Positions 1 to 12,500 of a stretch of 64,000 nt of DNA are shown piece by piece; position 1 is the first letter of the stretch; each line of letters opens with the position of its first letter. The DNA lies in NCBI GenBank assembly GCA_027604505.1, contig JADIIX010000052.1, positions 1 to 64,000 of the forward strand, written 5' to 3'. The notes under the pieces were generated by a model. That model was not told where the DNA came from and made no database searches. It saw only the letters and a list, made by a program, of their open reading frames with translations. The position numbers were made by a program, and so were the translations under genes. The stretch comes from Gonapodya sp. JEL0774 (taxonomy: Eukaryota).

Positions 1-2235
1 TGTGGCTGATTTTCCTGGAGGTATGTTACCAACAGACACTTGGAATACTAGTGGGAGCAAGAGCACTGTGAGTCACCACATACTGTCAAATTGGACTTTC
101 GGGCTCACTGTTGGGGTTATCGTCATCCCCTTCCAGCAAGAAAGCTCTCTTTCCAGCAGATACAGCTTCGGTGTACGCCCGTGCTGCGACTCCGCGCTCC
201 CTACACACTCCCTTGATTAATTTCCCATCTATCTCGGCTTCAAATCCGTGAACCGCCGCACCTTCTTGGATTGGAAATCGATATGCTGCTTCGAGAGCGA
301 GGGTACCGTCGTTATGATATGTCTGCGAGATTGTGACACAGGCAATGCAATCAACAATGCTGACAGCGATCGCCACAGTCCTCAGTGGTACCCGCGACGG
401 GGGAGAAGAAGCTCCGAATGGGACTGCGAAAAGACCCCACAAAGTTGCTCCGAGCCCAGTAACTGTCCCAGTCAAGGATGAATGCTGTGACATGGTGAAG
501 GTATCTGGTGTGTTGGGTGATTTGGTGGAGGGCATGGGGCTCGGAAGTGCAATCGGTGCAGATGGAATGAGCGATGAAGCCCCTCCAAGATCTCGGGATC
601 CTCCTGGCAGAGTCTGGAGGTTAGAAACCGATACCGTAGCCACTTTTGAGGCAGGCGGCATCTTTTGCTTCAATTCAAAACTGACAGAGAGCGAACAATA
701 TTCCGTGAGAGACTTCTTCGGATACGGACACAATACGCAACTCACTAGAGATCGCTCAACTTCACAATTAGTCCCGAAAATGGTGGTCGTTTCTGCGGGT
801 CTTCATCCCAGCATTCTCGTACAATCTTGATCAACTCAGGAGGGGCATCGAGCATCGGTTTCAATCGGTCCGGCCGGTATCCTTCATAGGCGATTTTCCT
901 GTACAGCTCATCGCCTTGTGGGCCACCAGCAAATGGTTTGCTGTTGGTCCAAATCTTGTTTCATAATCACTTCTTAGTAGGGACGTATTGAATTTCACAA
1001 CTGGAAGAGAGGTGCTGCGTCCTTACCTGGTAGCAAGTGATTCCGAAAGCGTAAATATCACCAGCTTTGTCGGAGACTCCATATATAAATCTCTCTGGTG
1101 GCATGTAAATGGCAGTACCTGGAAGGTCGATAAGTGGTGACGCTGACCGCACGCGGGCAAATCCAAAGTCCGTGATGAGGCCGTGGCCCATGGAGTCGAC
1201 CAAGACGTTTAGGCCTTTCAGATCGGAGTGAATAATGTTCTTGCTGTGCAGATACGACATTCCCTTGGCGATATCTCCCATCTTGTACAAGGCCCGAGAG
1301 AACAGGGAGGAGAAAATGTATTGCCGGTAGACCATAGAGGGAATTAGACGTGACAGACGATGATGGTAATGAGACGGCACAACCCAGACGAGCGTGTTAC
1401 CAACTTCTCAGACACAGAGGGCCTTCAGACGAATGCATTTCAACAAACCAGTTCAACTTTTCTCACGGGACCCATGTTTGCATTGAGCTGGAGGTATTTG
1501 GTGACATCACCTGAGGGCGTGAACCAGGGGGAAGAGGGGATGTGAATGACGGGAAAAGTGTACAAAGCAAACCAGACTGACCATTTTCCATAAACTGGCT
1601 GACCATGAACGGGCTCGAAGATTCTACACACGCCCCCAGAAGAAGAATAACGTTGGGGTGTCGGAGTTTATGCCAAATCGAAACCTCGTCCATGAAATCC
1701 TGCAGACGACAATTAGGTCCACGAACACGGCACGACAGTCAATTCACACTTGATTACTGCACCTTTTTGAGATCCGCGGTAAGGGCATGAGATAGAAGCT
1801 TCTTCACGGCAACCGGCACGCTTTGCCACGACCCAATGAAGACCTGCGATCCATTTGATGGACGATTCTTTCATTGAGACCAGAAACCTCTGTCCTGAAG
1901 CCTCACACACCTCGCCGTACCCTCCTTGAGCAAGCTTCTGCTCAAGAGCGACATCGTATTCCCCTATTTCCCACTCGGCAGTTCCAGTTTCCGGCGATTG
2001 TGTCACCCTTCCCAGCGAGCCAGCACCCGAATCCACGACCAGAGTGTGATCTTGCTCTTCTACTGATGAATTGTTTTTGAGGCCATCGTCGGAGTCGGCG
2101 GGCCTCTTTGGAACCTTCGCTTTGGTTTCCTGAATTGATTATTGATGAATACTATTGATGAATTCTCCTACGATTTTCCTCGCGGCGAGCGATCTGTCTC
2201 ACCGCGGATCGTCCCGTCGGAGCTTCGCCTAGCAT
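1..2235 (-). CDS. TKL-type Ser/Thr/Tyr protein kinase fused to a C-terminal VIT (vault protein inter-alpha-trypsin) domain; multi-exon, continues beyond the window's left edge
   Basis: Kinase motifs across exons: LAQGGYGEV, EVSIWHKLRHPNVILLLGAC, IIHSDLKGLNVLV, TDFGF, PGTAIYMPPE, DIYAFG, CWDEDPQKRPPF. Intron 681-745 (GTGAGT..TCAG) joins the kinase in frame to a S/P-rich linker and the VIT sequence VPLRTVAIAVSIVDCIACVTISQTYHN..LEAAYRFPIQEGAAVHGFEAEIDGK..AYTEAVSAGKRAFLLE, then VFQVSVGNIPPG at the edge. The start ATG 2235 (MLGEAPTGRSA|GTGAGA) is tentative. Confidence 0.8.
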
Positions 2236-2647
2236 GAAATAGAAACAGAATTGGGGTGTGTCGAAATAGCAGCTACTTCACCGCAAAGTTCTGCCGTTCC
2301 CGCTTTGCTGGTGAATTTCGCACACAGCAATTAAATTTCTTTTTTTGTAAGACATGTATACCTGGAGAAGAAAATCTTGTCGCTTGCAACTTATGAGGAA
2401 CTTTGAGATGAGTATGCTGTCCCGTTAACTGAAAAGAAGCAGGTTCTGGTCCTCTGTTGAAAAGCAAGGGGTCCAAAAGTTGGAATGTCCATCATAAGGC
2501 GCCCGTGAATGCTTTCGCAAATATGGAGTATAAGAAGTTTGCATTTGAGAAGAAAGCACAGGACAAGCATCTTCGAACCACATCTTAAACAACAATACAA
2601 TCATTCCTGCTCTTTTTGAGTTCCAACACATATAGTCGAACCAAATC

Positions 2648-5400
2648 TCACATAACAATACAATCGTTCTTGCTCTTTTTGGAATTCCCACTGCTTGTAC
2701 TCGTAACATTCTCCCTGATCTTTGCCGCCAGCTCTCCTGCTCCAGGGTACTCCACCCTCGCCGCCTTGTTCATGAACTCAAGCGCCGTATCAAATACCAT
2801 AAAGCGCACGCACATCATCGCGAGCGCTTGGTTTGCTCTGCCGTGTCCCTTATCACCCGCTTTATTGAGTAGTTGTGCACCGAGCTTGAACTGGTCGTCA
2901 TCGAGGACGGTGGCGTCCCTGTCCTTCATACGCTCTTCGAAGGGTTTCCATACAAACTCGCCCAGATACGAAGCGGAAAGCTGACCCTCGAGAGTGTCAC
3001 AGCTTCTGTCCAGCTTATCAAACGCGTGTGCCATACAAGATCCATGCAACTTCCTTCCTTTAGCCTCGTCGTTGAATATTCCTTGGAACATGTGGCACCC
3101 CAGACCTGCCATAATAAGCTCTGCTGGGCACATGTCATCTATGTTGTCAAGCTTTCGTATCAACCCAATAACGTATTTGTTCCACACGTCTTCTGTGCGG
3201 AACGGCTCACTGTGATATCCCAGGCTCCCGTGCTCCTGAAAGCATCCATATGCCAGGAGGGCCTTTGCGTCTGGAGATCCCAGCGCACAGGCCTGTTGGA
3301 GGAAAGGTTCCGCGGCACGCCACCGACGGGCAGGGTACTCTTCAGGGATCTCTTGGAGGGCCCTTCGGTACAAGCGCCGTGCTTCGGCCAGATCGGTTGC
3401 TGGAGGGGGAGATCTTGGCGTAGGAACGACTGTCACCGATTCTGGGGGGATAACTGTTTGATACGGGGGTGGTAGAGTTTCTGGGAAGTGAAACGCAGAG
3501 ATCAGAAAGTGTGTAGAGTGACGATCAGAAGCCCAACAGAGTTGTCTCACCGGCACGTTGAGAAAGTGCCTGTGGTTCTTCCGCTGCCCTTGCAATCGCC
3601 CCAGCTCTCGAAGGCGCTGGGCTAGGTCGTCACGTTGAAAAATGATGAAGAAGTGAGTTCAAGTTCAGCTTCACGTTTTCGTCCCGTACAACGTAGACTC
3701 ACGCCAAGGTCTTGAGTCGCTCCGCAATTTCGGCAAATGAGGGACGCTTGGTGGGATCTTTCTCCCAACAAGCACGGAGGAGCTGTTTGATTTCCTGGGG
3801 CATGTCAGGTATCTTGTTGAGGTCAGGGCGGAAGTTCTCGGTGATGATCCGTTGGTACAGATAGGGGCTGTCGGGAATACCACCGAATGGAACGTCGAGG
3901 GTCCAAATCTATGTATGCGGAACAGATTCAGAAACGGGGATAGTAAGTTTGCGGAGAAGATTCAGAAATGAGTATAGTAAGCAAACAATCAGGCAAAGTC
4001 GAAAGTTCACCGTAAAAATGAGCTACGCTTACTTACTTCCACGCAGGTCATAGCGAACGCGTACACATCACCCCTTTCGTCACACGTTCCGTCTTGATGT
4101 CTCTCCGGGGGCATCCACTGCATCGTGCCCGGCAGTTGTACATTTTTTGAAAGCGAACTACGAGTTCTGGATCTGATCCGTACGAAACCGAAGTCGGTGA
4201 CCATGGCTGCACCGTCGTTGTTGACCAAGACGTTGAGCGCTTTGAGATCGGAGTGGATGACTTTCTTGGAGTGGAGGTACTGCATGCCCTTTGCGATGTC
4301 GTACACCTGTTATTTTGCGAAAAGATCCGTCAGCTCGGGTGCTGTTTTACCAAATATCGGATTCTCTTGCTTACCAGGCCCATTCGGACGTCGTTGGTGG
4401 GTCCATCCTCCAAGGCGGACAAAAAATCGAGCACATTTCCATTCTCCATAAAAGGAGAGATCATGAAAGGCAGTGTTGCCTCAACGCATGCTCCAAAGAA
4501 GGGTAAAACGTTGGGGTGGCGGAGCGAGTGCCAGTTGCTGACTTCGCGCTCGAAATCCTTTCGAGAGCAAGATGATCGCTCAGACTCAGTCATTTCCCGC
4601 GAGAGTAGTATAGCTCACGATCATAATGTCGCGGCCTGGTTTCGCCAGCAGGCGCTTGACTGCGACTTTTGTGTGTCCCAACCAAGTGCCCTCCAAGACC
4701 TCGCCGAATCCGCCTTGGGAAACCACTCGGCCTATGGAGACATCAGACTCTTTGACAGCCCATTGACGAGAGATAGCGGCTTGCATTTCGCTATGAGGTG
4801 AATGGGTTTGTTCGAAAGTGAGTTTCTCCGGGCAGTTACCCTGTGACTCCCTCCCTGACTGTGGCAGGAACTGGGGTGGTCTTCCACTGGATTCCCTCTG
4901 ACTGTGGAAGAGCACCTAAGAGCACCCCATACAGTTTAGGTAACCATACAAAAAAATTGATCCTAAATGAGAGAAATGAATCCAGCACGCTGTCATTGCT
5001 GTCTGACAACAGTGACTGCTGGATACTCGCCTCTACCTCAGAGCGATAACGCATAATAACTTATTTGAGCACGCTCAGTCACCGATTCATTTTGAAGCAT
5101 TCGAAGCTGCTCGAATTGGCACTGGGTTGTTACGAACCTGTATTGGGTTCCGTGTGGGTGGAGTGTCATCACATTGAAATCTTCACTCTCCGATGTCCAC
5201 CTTCCTCGGTGGATTCTTGACGAGATCATCTCGCTCTGCGAGTAAGCGAGCTCAGCTTCAGAAGCTTCAAGAACCGCCCTCTGTCGCTGCCAGCGAGATG
5301 TCCTCATTGGAAGATGAACGACCAGATTTCACAATGGACGCTGCCGAAAGCGAAGTCCAGGTCGCAAAAAAAGATGTATGGGAAATGAGTGGTCAGTGGT
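2648..5400 (-). CDS. TKL-type protein kinase with C-terminal Sel1/TPR-like helical region and CaaX box; 5' end uncertain
   Basis: VSQGGFGEVLEGTWLGHTKVAVKRL, EVSNWHSLRHPNVLPFFGAC, VIHSDLKALNVLV, TDFGF, PGTMQWMPPE, DVYAFAMT, CWEKDPTKRPSF. ORF 2648-3595 has Sel1-like AEPFLQQACALGSPDAKALLA and LLNKAGDKGHGRANQALA, and ends SKKSKNDCIVM*. Confidence 0.8.
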
Positions 5401-5466
5401 GGAACTGTGCCAGCAGAGAAGCTGCGTCTTTTGCATTGATTTTATGGTCCCACCTTACCGTGCTGT

Positions 5467-7162
5467 TTGCTAGTCCGTGTTCACGCTTCATACCGAGCTT
5501 CCTCTTTTCTCGCACTCTCCGACCCTGTCGCATTTCGACCACAACTTACAGTTGGGAAATACCGGGTAGATGGAGCTACCTACACCACCGGCCCGAACCC
5601 GAAGATCGACGAGGATGAATGGCTCGCAGCAGATCTCAGGTCCATCGCTCGAATCTTGGCTCAAGACGAATGGAAAAGCGTTGTACCAGTGGAACTGGGT
5701 GAGCCTGTCCACCTCCAAGAAAAAATCTCGCCGCCTCCCTCTTGCCTCTTCCTGAATCACCACCAACATTTGTTTCCATCCTTGGAAGCCTCTGCCCTCC
5801 TCCTCACCCGCGACGTCCCGCCGACCCAACCACCCGAGTTCCATGGCCGGGTACAGGCCATCGGTGCGCTGTCGTCACCTCTGTGGGTACCCATGACTCG
5901 AGTTCCCCGGCAGTCGGGACGGCCGGAACACTGGGCTATAGGGATCGTGGTGAACAACGCGGGCTCGGATGAGGTTCGTTTTTTGAACGGCTGGGACACT
6001 TCACACATAGCAGTGTACCATTCGTTACTGTACCCCTGTTGTCCCATTGCGTTTACCTCCTCCGCACTTGATTACTCCAGACAAAACCATCCGTTCAGCC
6101 CCCCCCTGCCCCACTACCAGACGAAGGAGAAGTAAATCCCAATCCTGACCCTCTTTTAGTCGATCCTCCTGCAGCTCTTCCTCAGGGTGCGCCTGAAGTC
6201 GGTGCTTCCGAGCCCCCCCGCCCAACCCCCCTCTACCCGCCGAACCCGCTCCCCCCGCCTACTTGCTCATTGAAGACCCTGACGACTCGTTTGCCGCCGC
6301 GTGGAACCACTTTTACCGAGTCATCCGACCCGGGAAACGGTGGGGGAAATCCGGAGGAGGATGGACCGGCGTGGCTGCTCGGATGCGGGCGTTGCACACG
6401 CTTATTGATCAGTTCCCCCATAAAAAGGCCAGAGAGGTGTATGGAAAAGTGCCAATGAGTTATTGTTCGTATAATATGGTGAGTGCGTTGGCGGTCAGGG
6501 AAAGCGAGGGTTGGTGGTGACAATGTTTCATGAAATTCTTGACGAATTTTTCCTTGTTTCCTCAGAACAGTAACATGGTTCGCTTCGTAGATGTGAGTTT
6601 TCAATTACCCAGAACGCACACTAACGATTCTGCGGGATTGAGGTTCACCCCGTTCTACTCCCCGCGCCGTTCCACTTTCCCTACACGCCACCCTCAGCTC
6701 GTATGTGAATTCTCCCCTCCCCTCCGCCATTACATCTCGACCCACCCGGACGCGCTCAAAACGGACGTTGCGGACGAAGCCCGCCGTCTCTGCGTCGCGT
6801 ACATACGCGAGAACGGGTTCGCGCCACAGAGGCTCCTGTTCTTCCTCAGGTCCAGGCCGCAGAGTTGGGAGTGGCGGGACGTGAGGGAGGCGGTGACGAC
6901 GGTGGGGGGAATTGATGGGAGTAGTGGGGTCGTGGTGGAGAGGTCCGAGGATGGGCCGGTCAATAGGAGACCCGCAGATGCCGACGGCGACGCAGCGGGT
7001 TCTGGGTCTGGGTCTGGGTCTGCCGAGATGGGTGCTGGCGGAGATACCGAGTTCGAATCGATGGAAGTTGGAGGGGCGGAGGGAGATTTTCAAGGATTCG
7101 ACGGCGATGATGTTGGGGAATTTTTCGGGGAGGACGGAGGCATGGACCTGCCAATGGAGTAA
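5467..7162 (+). CDS. Hypothetical multi-exon protein with acidic/Gly-rich C-terminus
   Basis: Successive protein-like plus-strand ORFs (5467-6135, 6263-6520, 6530-7162) separated by GTGAGT..AG-like introns. No family recognised. Confidence 0.35.
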
Positions 7163-7330
7163 TTTTACCGCAGTCATTTCGATGTATTCAATTCATTCCA
7201 GATTGTATGAACATTCATTACATTTCGAAAGAATATTGATTGACAAGCCAGTCCCCTCCTACCAACTCTCCACTCGGCCGGATTTGCAAACCTCGACAAT
7301 AGACCCTTCATGCACCACCACCTCGACCTC

Positions 7331-9212
7331 CTACGCGTCCCCATTGCTGTTTCCACTGGGAACACCACAGGATCCTCCCACCACCACACTCCTCTCCCGA
7401 CCGACAACCACATCTCTCACAAGCTTCATGGGCGTCAAGGATACTGCAGCAGTCGGCGTTAACGTCGGTGTCAGTTGCGCCGTTGATACCGACGACGCAC
7501 TGGAGGCCGAGGATGACAAGTCGGTTTTCATTGTGATGGACGGTGGCGAGATCGGCGAGCTGGGTGTGCTCGATGAGAGTCGTGGTGGACGGGAGCGCGG
7601 GCGGCAGGTTGTACTGGTAGCCTGTGCAGGGCAATCCAGCGGCATGGAAGCACCGGTCGAGGGGTTGCGAGATAGTCGGTGAGGTTGTGTGTTCGAAGAT
7701 CCAGAGTGGACAGATGTGAAAGTGAATGGGAATAAAGGTTCGGACGGGCTGGAAGGGTGAGAGGATGATGCGGGGCGAGGGATGTCCGCATGGTGGATTG
7801 GAGACGGTGGGGATAGATGAAGCACTGGAGGGGCGTTTTGCATCACAGAGAGCAAGTTTGCAGGAGCCGTTATAACGGGCAACGAATCCATCCAGCTACC
7901 AGGAAGAGTGGCGCCATTGGCCATCTCCGGGTCTGCATCCTCATTCTGGACATGCACACTGTCATCCCACGCGCCAACCACACCCATGGCACCAAACTTG
8001 GCAAGTCCTTCTAGGTGCCAGCTTGCGCCTGAAAGCTTCGCGGGATTTGCTGTAGCGAGGAGTGGACGTACAGGAGGCGAGAAGGGCAGGCGATGGGCCT
8101 GCAGAGATATTTGATGAACGAGGAAGCGCCGGAGTGGGACCAGCGGGAGGCGGCGATGCGCGAGGGGGTTTGCCGGAAATGGAATAGTTGAGGGTAGGAC
8201 TGGTGCGGTGAAAATACAGCATGAGAAGAAACGTATTCGGTTTGCGAATCGAACGATAGGCCTTTCAACGCCTCTCCCTTGTTTCCGAACATTCCTTTTC
8301 CTCGAGCTCTGATGTAATCACTAACAATTTTGACGATTGGCTACTATACGTACTCGCTAGGAGATCGAATCTCTCAAGAACAGATCGGAGAACTGTGACA
8401 GCGTGTGACAGTTTGGCTTCCAGAGAGTTGATAGCGGAAACTAGTGAGTGATAAGAGGCGAAACATCAAAAGAAGGTCAGATTACGGATATGAAGGACAA
8501 TGAATAAACACTCGCGGGAACCGTGTGACCAACAGGGACCTCAACGGGCAACTCACTTTTAGTGAGGGACTCGGGCACATCCAGCCAGTACTCCTTTTCC
8601 TCGATATCTCCTTCCTGGTCTTCTTCCTTTTCGCCACGTTGTGGGCACCGAAAATGCAGCACAGACGACGTGCTACCTGACACTTCTGGCTCCCTTCGAA
8701 CCATAAATGCCGGCGGGCTTTTAGCTGCACCTGGTCTACGCACGGAAGCATCACCCAGTATACTACGACTAGCCCATGGATATGAGGTACCTGGGGAAAA
8801 GAAGCGACGTGTATGCGCGGCAACAGCACCATCGACAGCGCGAATGTATGCGGATTTGGCGCGTATCGCACGGTCCACGCAGGCCCTAATAACGTGTCAC
8901 AAAAGCGCAAGGCAAAAAGTAAGATATGAGCGTTGCGCGTCAGCAATTCGTTGATATGCTCTGCAACCACCCACAGCACCATCACTTCGGCGAGGCCGGT
9001 GTTCCCCGCATGCAATTTCCCTCGCGCATCGCCCGCCAACAAGGCTACGTTGAATCTCTTCAGTGGCTTTCGGTCGAGTACTGTGGTATTCTTCAGAGCT
9101 TTCTTTCTCAACGCCGTATGCGTTCCCACTTCCAGCAGTTCGTCGCCGCTGCTTTCCGTGTCCGAACTTGCATCTTCATTTAAAACATTCATTTCTGCCT
9201 GTTCGATATGAG
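7331..9212 (-). CDS. Hypothetical multi-exon protein (S/P/T-rich C-terminus); upstream exon(s) not found, possibly cut off by the adjacent transposon
   Basis: Minus-strand ORFs 8482-9192, 8477-8878, 8011-8292 and 7331-7987 in CpG-normal sequence. An acceptor-like CTACAGGAGTAG precedes SHIEQAEMNVLNE at about 9210. Confidence 0.35.
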
Positions 9213-9255
9213 ACTACTCCTGTAGCGTATGAAAGATTGATCGAAACAAGTATTA

Positions 9256-9476
9256 CAAGGGCAGTAGGAGGTCTGTGCACCCGCTGCACTACCTGTACTG
9301 GTGTCTTTCCAGCATCAGATTTTGCTCCAGGTTGGCGAGCCACTCTGCCTTCTAGCCTGCCCAGGGCTCCCAGGCTGCCTAAGTGGCTACACCAACCTGC
9401 CAGAACCTAGTAAGGGGTCCCACCGAGCCAAGTGCTTCACCCAAAGGATAATAAGCACCTCCCTGTGGTTTGGGAG
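9256..9476 (-). ncRNA. Candidate Fanzor omegaRNA (nuRNA) scaffold at the transposon 3' end
   Basis: Dense inverted repeats directly downstream of the Fanzor ORF: 9262-9300 (CAGTA/TACTG, AGGT/ACCT, GTGCA/TGCAC), 9328-9399 (CAGGTTGG/CCAACCTG, AGCCACT/AGTGGCT, AGCCTG/CAGGCT), 9432-9458 (GTGCTT/AAGCAC) and 9459-9476 (CTCCC/GGGAG). The position matches where TnpB/Fanzor omegaRNAs are encoded. Confidence 0.55.
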
Positions 9477-9599
9477 AGATACCGTGGACGAAAAAAGAAA
9501 TTCGAAAATTGATAGAAGAAAATGAGATCTGGGATGTGGGTTATGGACCCATTGAAAACAGAAAGATAACAAAATCAAAATTTAAAAAACCGCACGTAG

Positions 9600-12500
9600 T
9601 CTTTTGAAAGAAGGACAATATGCAGTAAGATACTCACAATGAAGGTCCATGTGAGAGTTGACACCCTCAATGACGCGCGCCTTTGGATAGAAGAAGAGAT
9701 AGAGAATGTTCCTCACGGCATTGAGGTCGCGGTTCCAAGTCACACCACAGTTGGGAGTCACACACAATCTGCTGTGGTTCCAGTGCAAAATAGGAATAAA
9801 AAATTACATTGAGCTAAAAACAGTTGGCAGATGAGATCTGCACGTTCAAAACCACTCACCTCACACCCCATAGCTTCTGTTTTAACTTTTACCCCTTGGT
9901 TCTTTGGGAAATATTCATGGCAAACAAAGCAGATCCTACTTGTCTGAAACTCATTGATAAGTACCGCCAACACTCCAGCAGACACAAACATTCTACAAGT
10001 GCGTTTATTGGGACTCATAGGATGTCTGGGACTGGACTGGTTGAAGGAGGTGGCACCCCATGCAATGATGCAATTGGACGGCTCTCTTCTGTGGGTAAAT
10101 TGCTTGACAAGCTTTGAAAGGGCCCGTTGTTGGCCGATCTTGGACTTGAATTGAAGCCTTTGTGGGAAAGGTGGAGCAATAAATTCAAAAGATTATCATT
10201 TCCTTCTGTGATAACAACAAAAGCAAGACTGGTCAACTCACTTGCTCCAATGATGCTGGCTGTAAAAATCAAGCGTTTGCCCAAAATGATCTAGGAAAAA
10301 CACGAGATATAGATGTAGGCTGACTGGGTCCACAGTTTTGGCGGAGGCATGTTCTTGTTTATTCGCTGTATCTCCTCGTTGTTGTCCATCCACTTTTGGT
10401 GGAGATTCCTGGCAAAGTACAAACATTTTGAGTTTAAACTTGCCTAAGATTCCAAGTCTCAATATGCCAGCAATGAACTCACCTGGCGGAGTTGAAACCT
10501 GCGAGATTGTAATACTCCCTTGCAGAAAAGCCACTATTGTAGTCAGCATCCCAGCCACAGTCATCTTTTGCGTGGAGATACAGTTGAGGTATCTTGAGGT
10601 TGTTGGGGATATCCACTGATGCATGAAAGGTCGTGTGGTCTCAACATGGATCACAGGATCCCACCTGATTCGCAGCCAAGCTTTGTTCCTCTGGAGGTTT
10701 CTTCAAATACTCTGACAATTTGAGGGGCACTCCAGATGCCACAGGCTTCCGCATATGCAGCTGTAAACTTGTGCCGTCCAAACAAATGCTGAGTAAAGTG
10801 GTTGCTGTTGGTAGTGAAACAGTGAATGGAAAAAAGAAGGATCAACAAGATTGCCAGGATTCCAAAACTGATCACCAAAATTTGTAGGTACCTCAATGCA
10901 AACTTGTGGTTCACAGTTTCAAATCTGTCAATGTCAAAGAAGGCCAGTGCCGTGTGGTCAGCACCTCCATCATGAGTTCCCACAGTAAACCCATGATCTC
11001 ATTCCCAACTTCTTGATCCACATTCAGATGATTGACTAGGGTCTGTGAAAGTGAGATAACTTCCCAAAAACCTCACGAATAAAGAAGAGGTATCCGGACT
11101 TGGACCTTAGCCAGGGGCTGATGTGTAAAGAATCTACAAACTCCCTCAATATCTTGGTTGGGCTCCATAATGGTTTGCACCGCATGAAGGACCAGGACCA
11201 TCCCTGCCCAATTCCATTGGAGTTGGGCCTCTGACATGCTCAGGTGGCCAAATGAGGACTGGATGAATGTGAAAGTGTTCCGAAGTGCACATGCGACTCT
11301 GAAATGGAGACTTCTTCCTGGCAGAAGGTTGGGGTTTGGAACTTCATGCACAACACAAAGTCCAGATACTTTAGAAGAGAGTTGGTGGAACTGAATGGTT
11401 GCTTGTCTGAGAATAGCATGAGATCAAAAGTTCTCAATCACCACTTAAAAAACCCAATACAACAACCCAAACTCACAAATAAAGATACAGTTAAACATGT
11501 GTGCTGTGATTATCCTTGCTGAGCTTTTAGAAATGTGCACCATGTTGGCGCCTGCCTCTCCATTGAAGGGACTGAGGGCTATCCATGCCAGCATAAAGCA
11601 CATGGCCCGAATCCTTTGAGGTGCTCCCACCAAATGGACGTCTTGAAGTTGGTGCGTGAATCATTAACTATCCCTGCAAAGATATTGCAGAGTCCTAAAA
11701 GGGCAATGGAGGTGATTTTGTGTAATGCACTGTCAGCCCACAAGATTTTGTGGTAAGTACTGACCACTCATGTTTACAAAAGGCATGACTGGTCAGATCA
11801 AGTTGTATGAGGCTGCCATCCAGTTTTGAAGATGGGGATCAGTTGCCAATTTTTGGACAGCAGGATTAAAGTTAGGCGCCACTTGACAAGTAACGCTATT
11901 GAAACAAGGGTGGACCAATCCTGCACCAATTTAGTAGTTAGGAATTGGTATGCAGCAACAATGTGTGAAGTGCAGTAAAATTGAAGCCTGTTGGTGATGT
12001 GGTAAAGCCACAGGACCTCGTGAAAGCAAACCTTGTTTTGGTGTTTCTTGTAAAGGAACAACTGCAAAGCAGAGTTGGCAGAGTTGGTCAAAAACAGGCA
12101 ACTGATGGTGGATTCTGGAAAGTCCGTACTCACAGTTATCGTCCTCCTCAATATTTAGGTGCTCTATTTTGAAGTCTTTGGAGCGCTTCGCCATCCCCTG
12201 GTAGTGTGACAATAGAACCTTTGACTAAAGGAATTGGACACAAAAGTCATGAGATTCAGGAAATATGGAAAACAACGCCTGCAGAAAAATATTTCTTGCA
12301 CCTGAGCTGGTATCATCGTGTAGATGAGCTTGTGCCAAATGTGATGTTGCAAAGGAGGCCTAATTACATGGTGGTGGTGAGAAGTTGCTATTGGCTGTAG
12401 CAGCTCCAGATAAGGATTTTCCTGTCAAATTCGTGGACTTGTGCATGGAATCAGGCTTCAGGTGGATGTTGGAGTTGAGGCCTTTGTCCCAGTCTCTTCG

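Noticed and set aside
5880..5960. LWVPM..EHWAIGIVV resembling a Ulp1/C48 protease His motif
   Set aside because: No downstream Asp/Gln/Cys (Q....DCG) motif was found; too short to support a call.
6912..7682. 256-aa plus-strand ORF and similar long shadow ORFs (e.g. 31113-31751, 33173-33859, 36853-37368)
   Set aside because: Antisense or alternate-frame shadows of better-supported genes in GC-rich sequence.
9601..9637. Possible fourth Fanzor intron (GTGAGT..AAAG)
   Set aside because: Only 37 bp, with no conserved motif on either side to validate the join.
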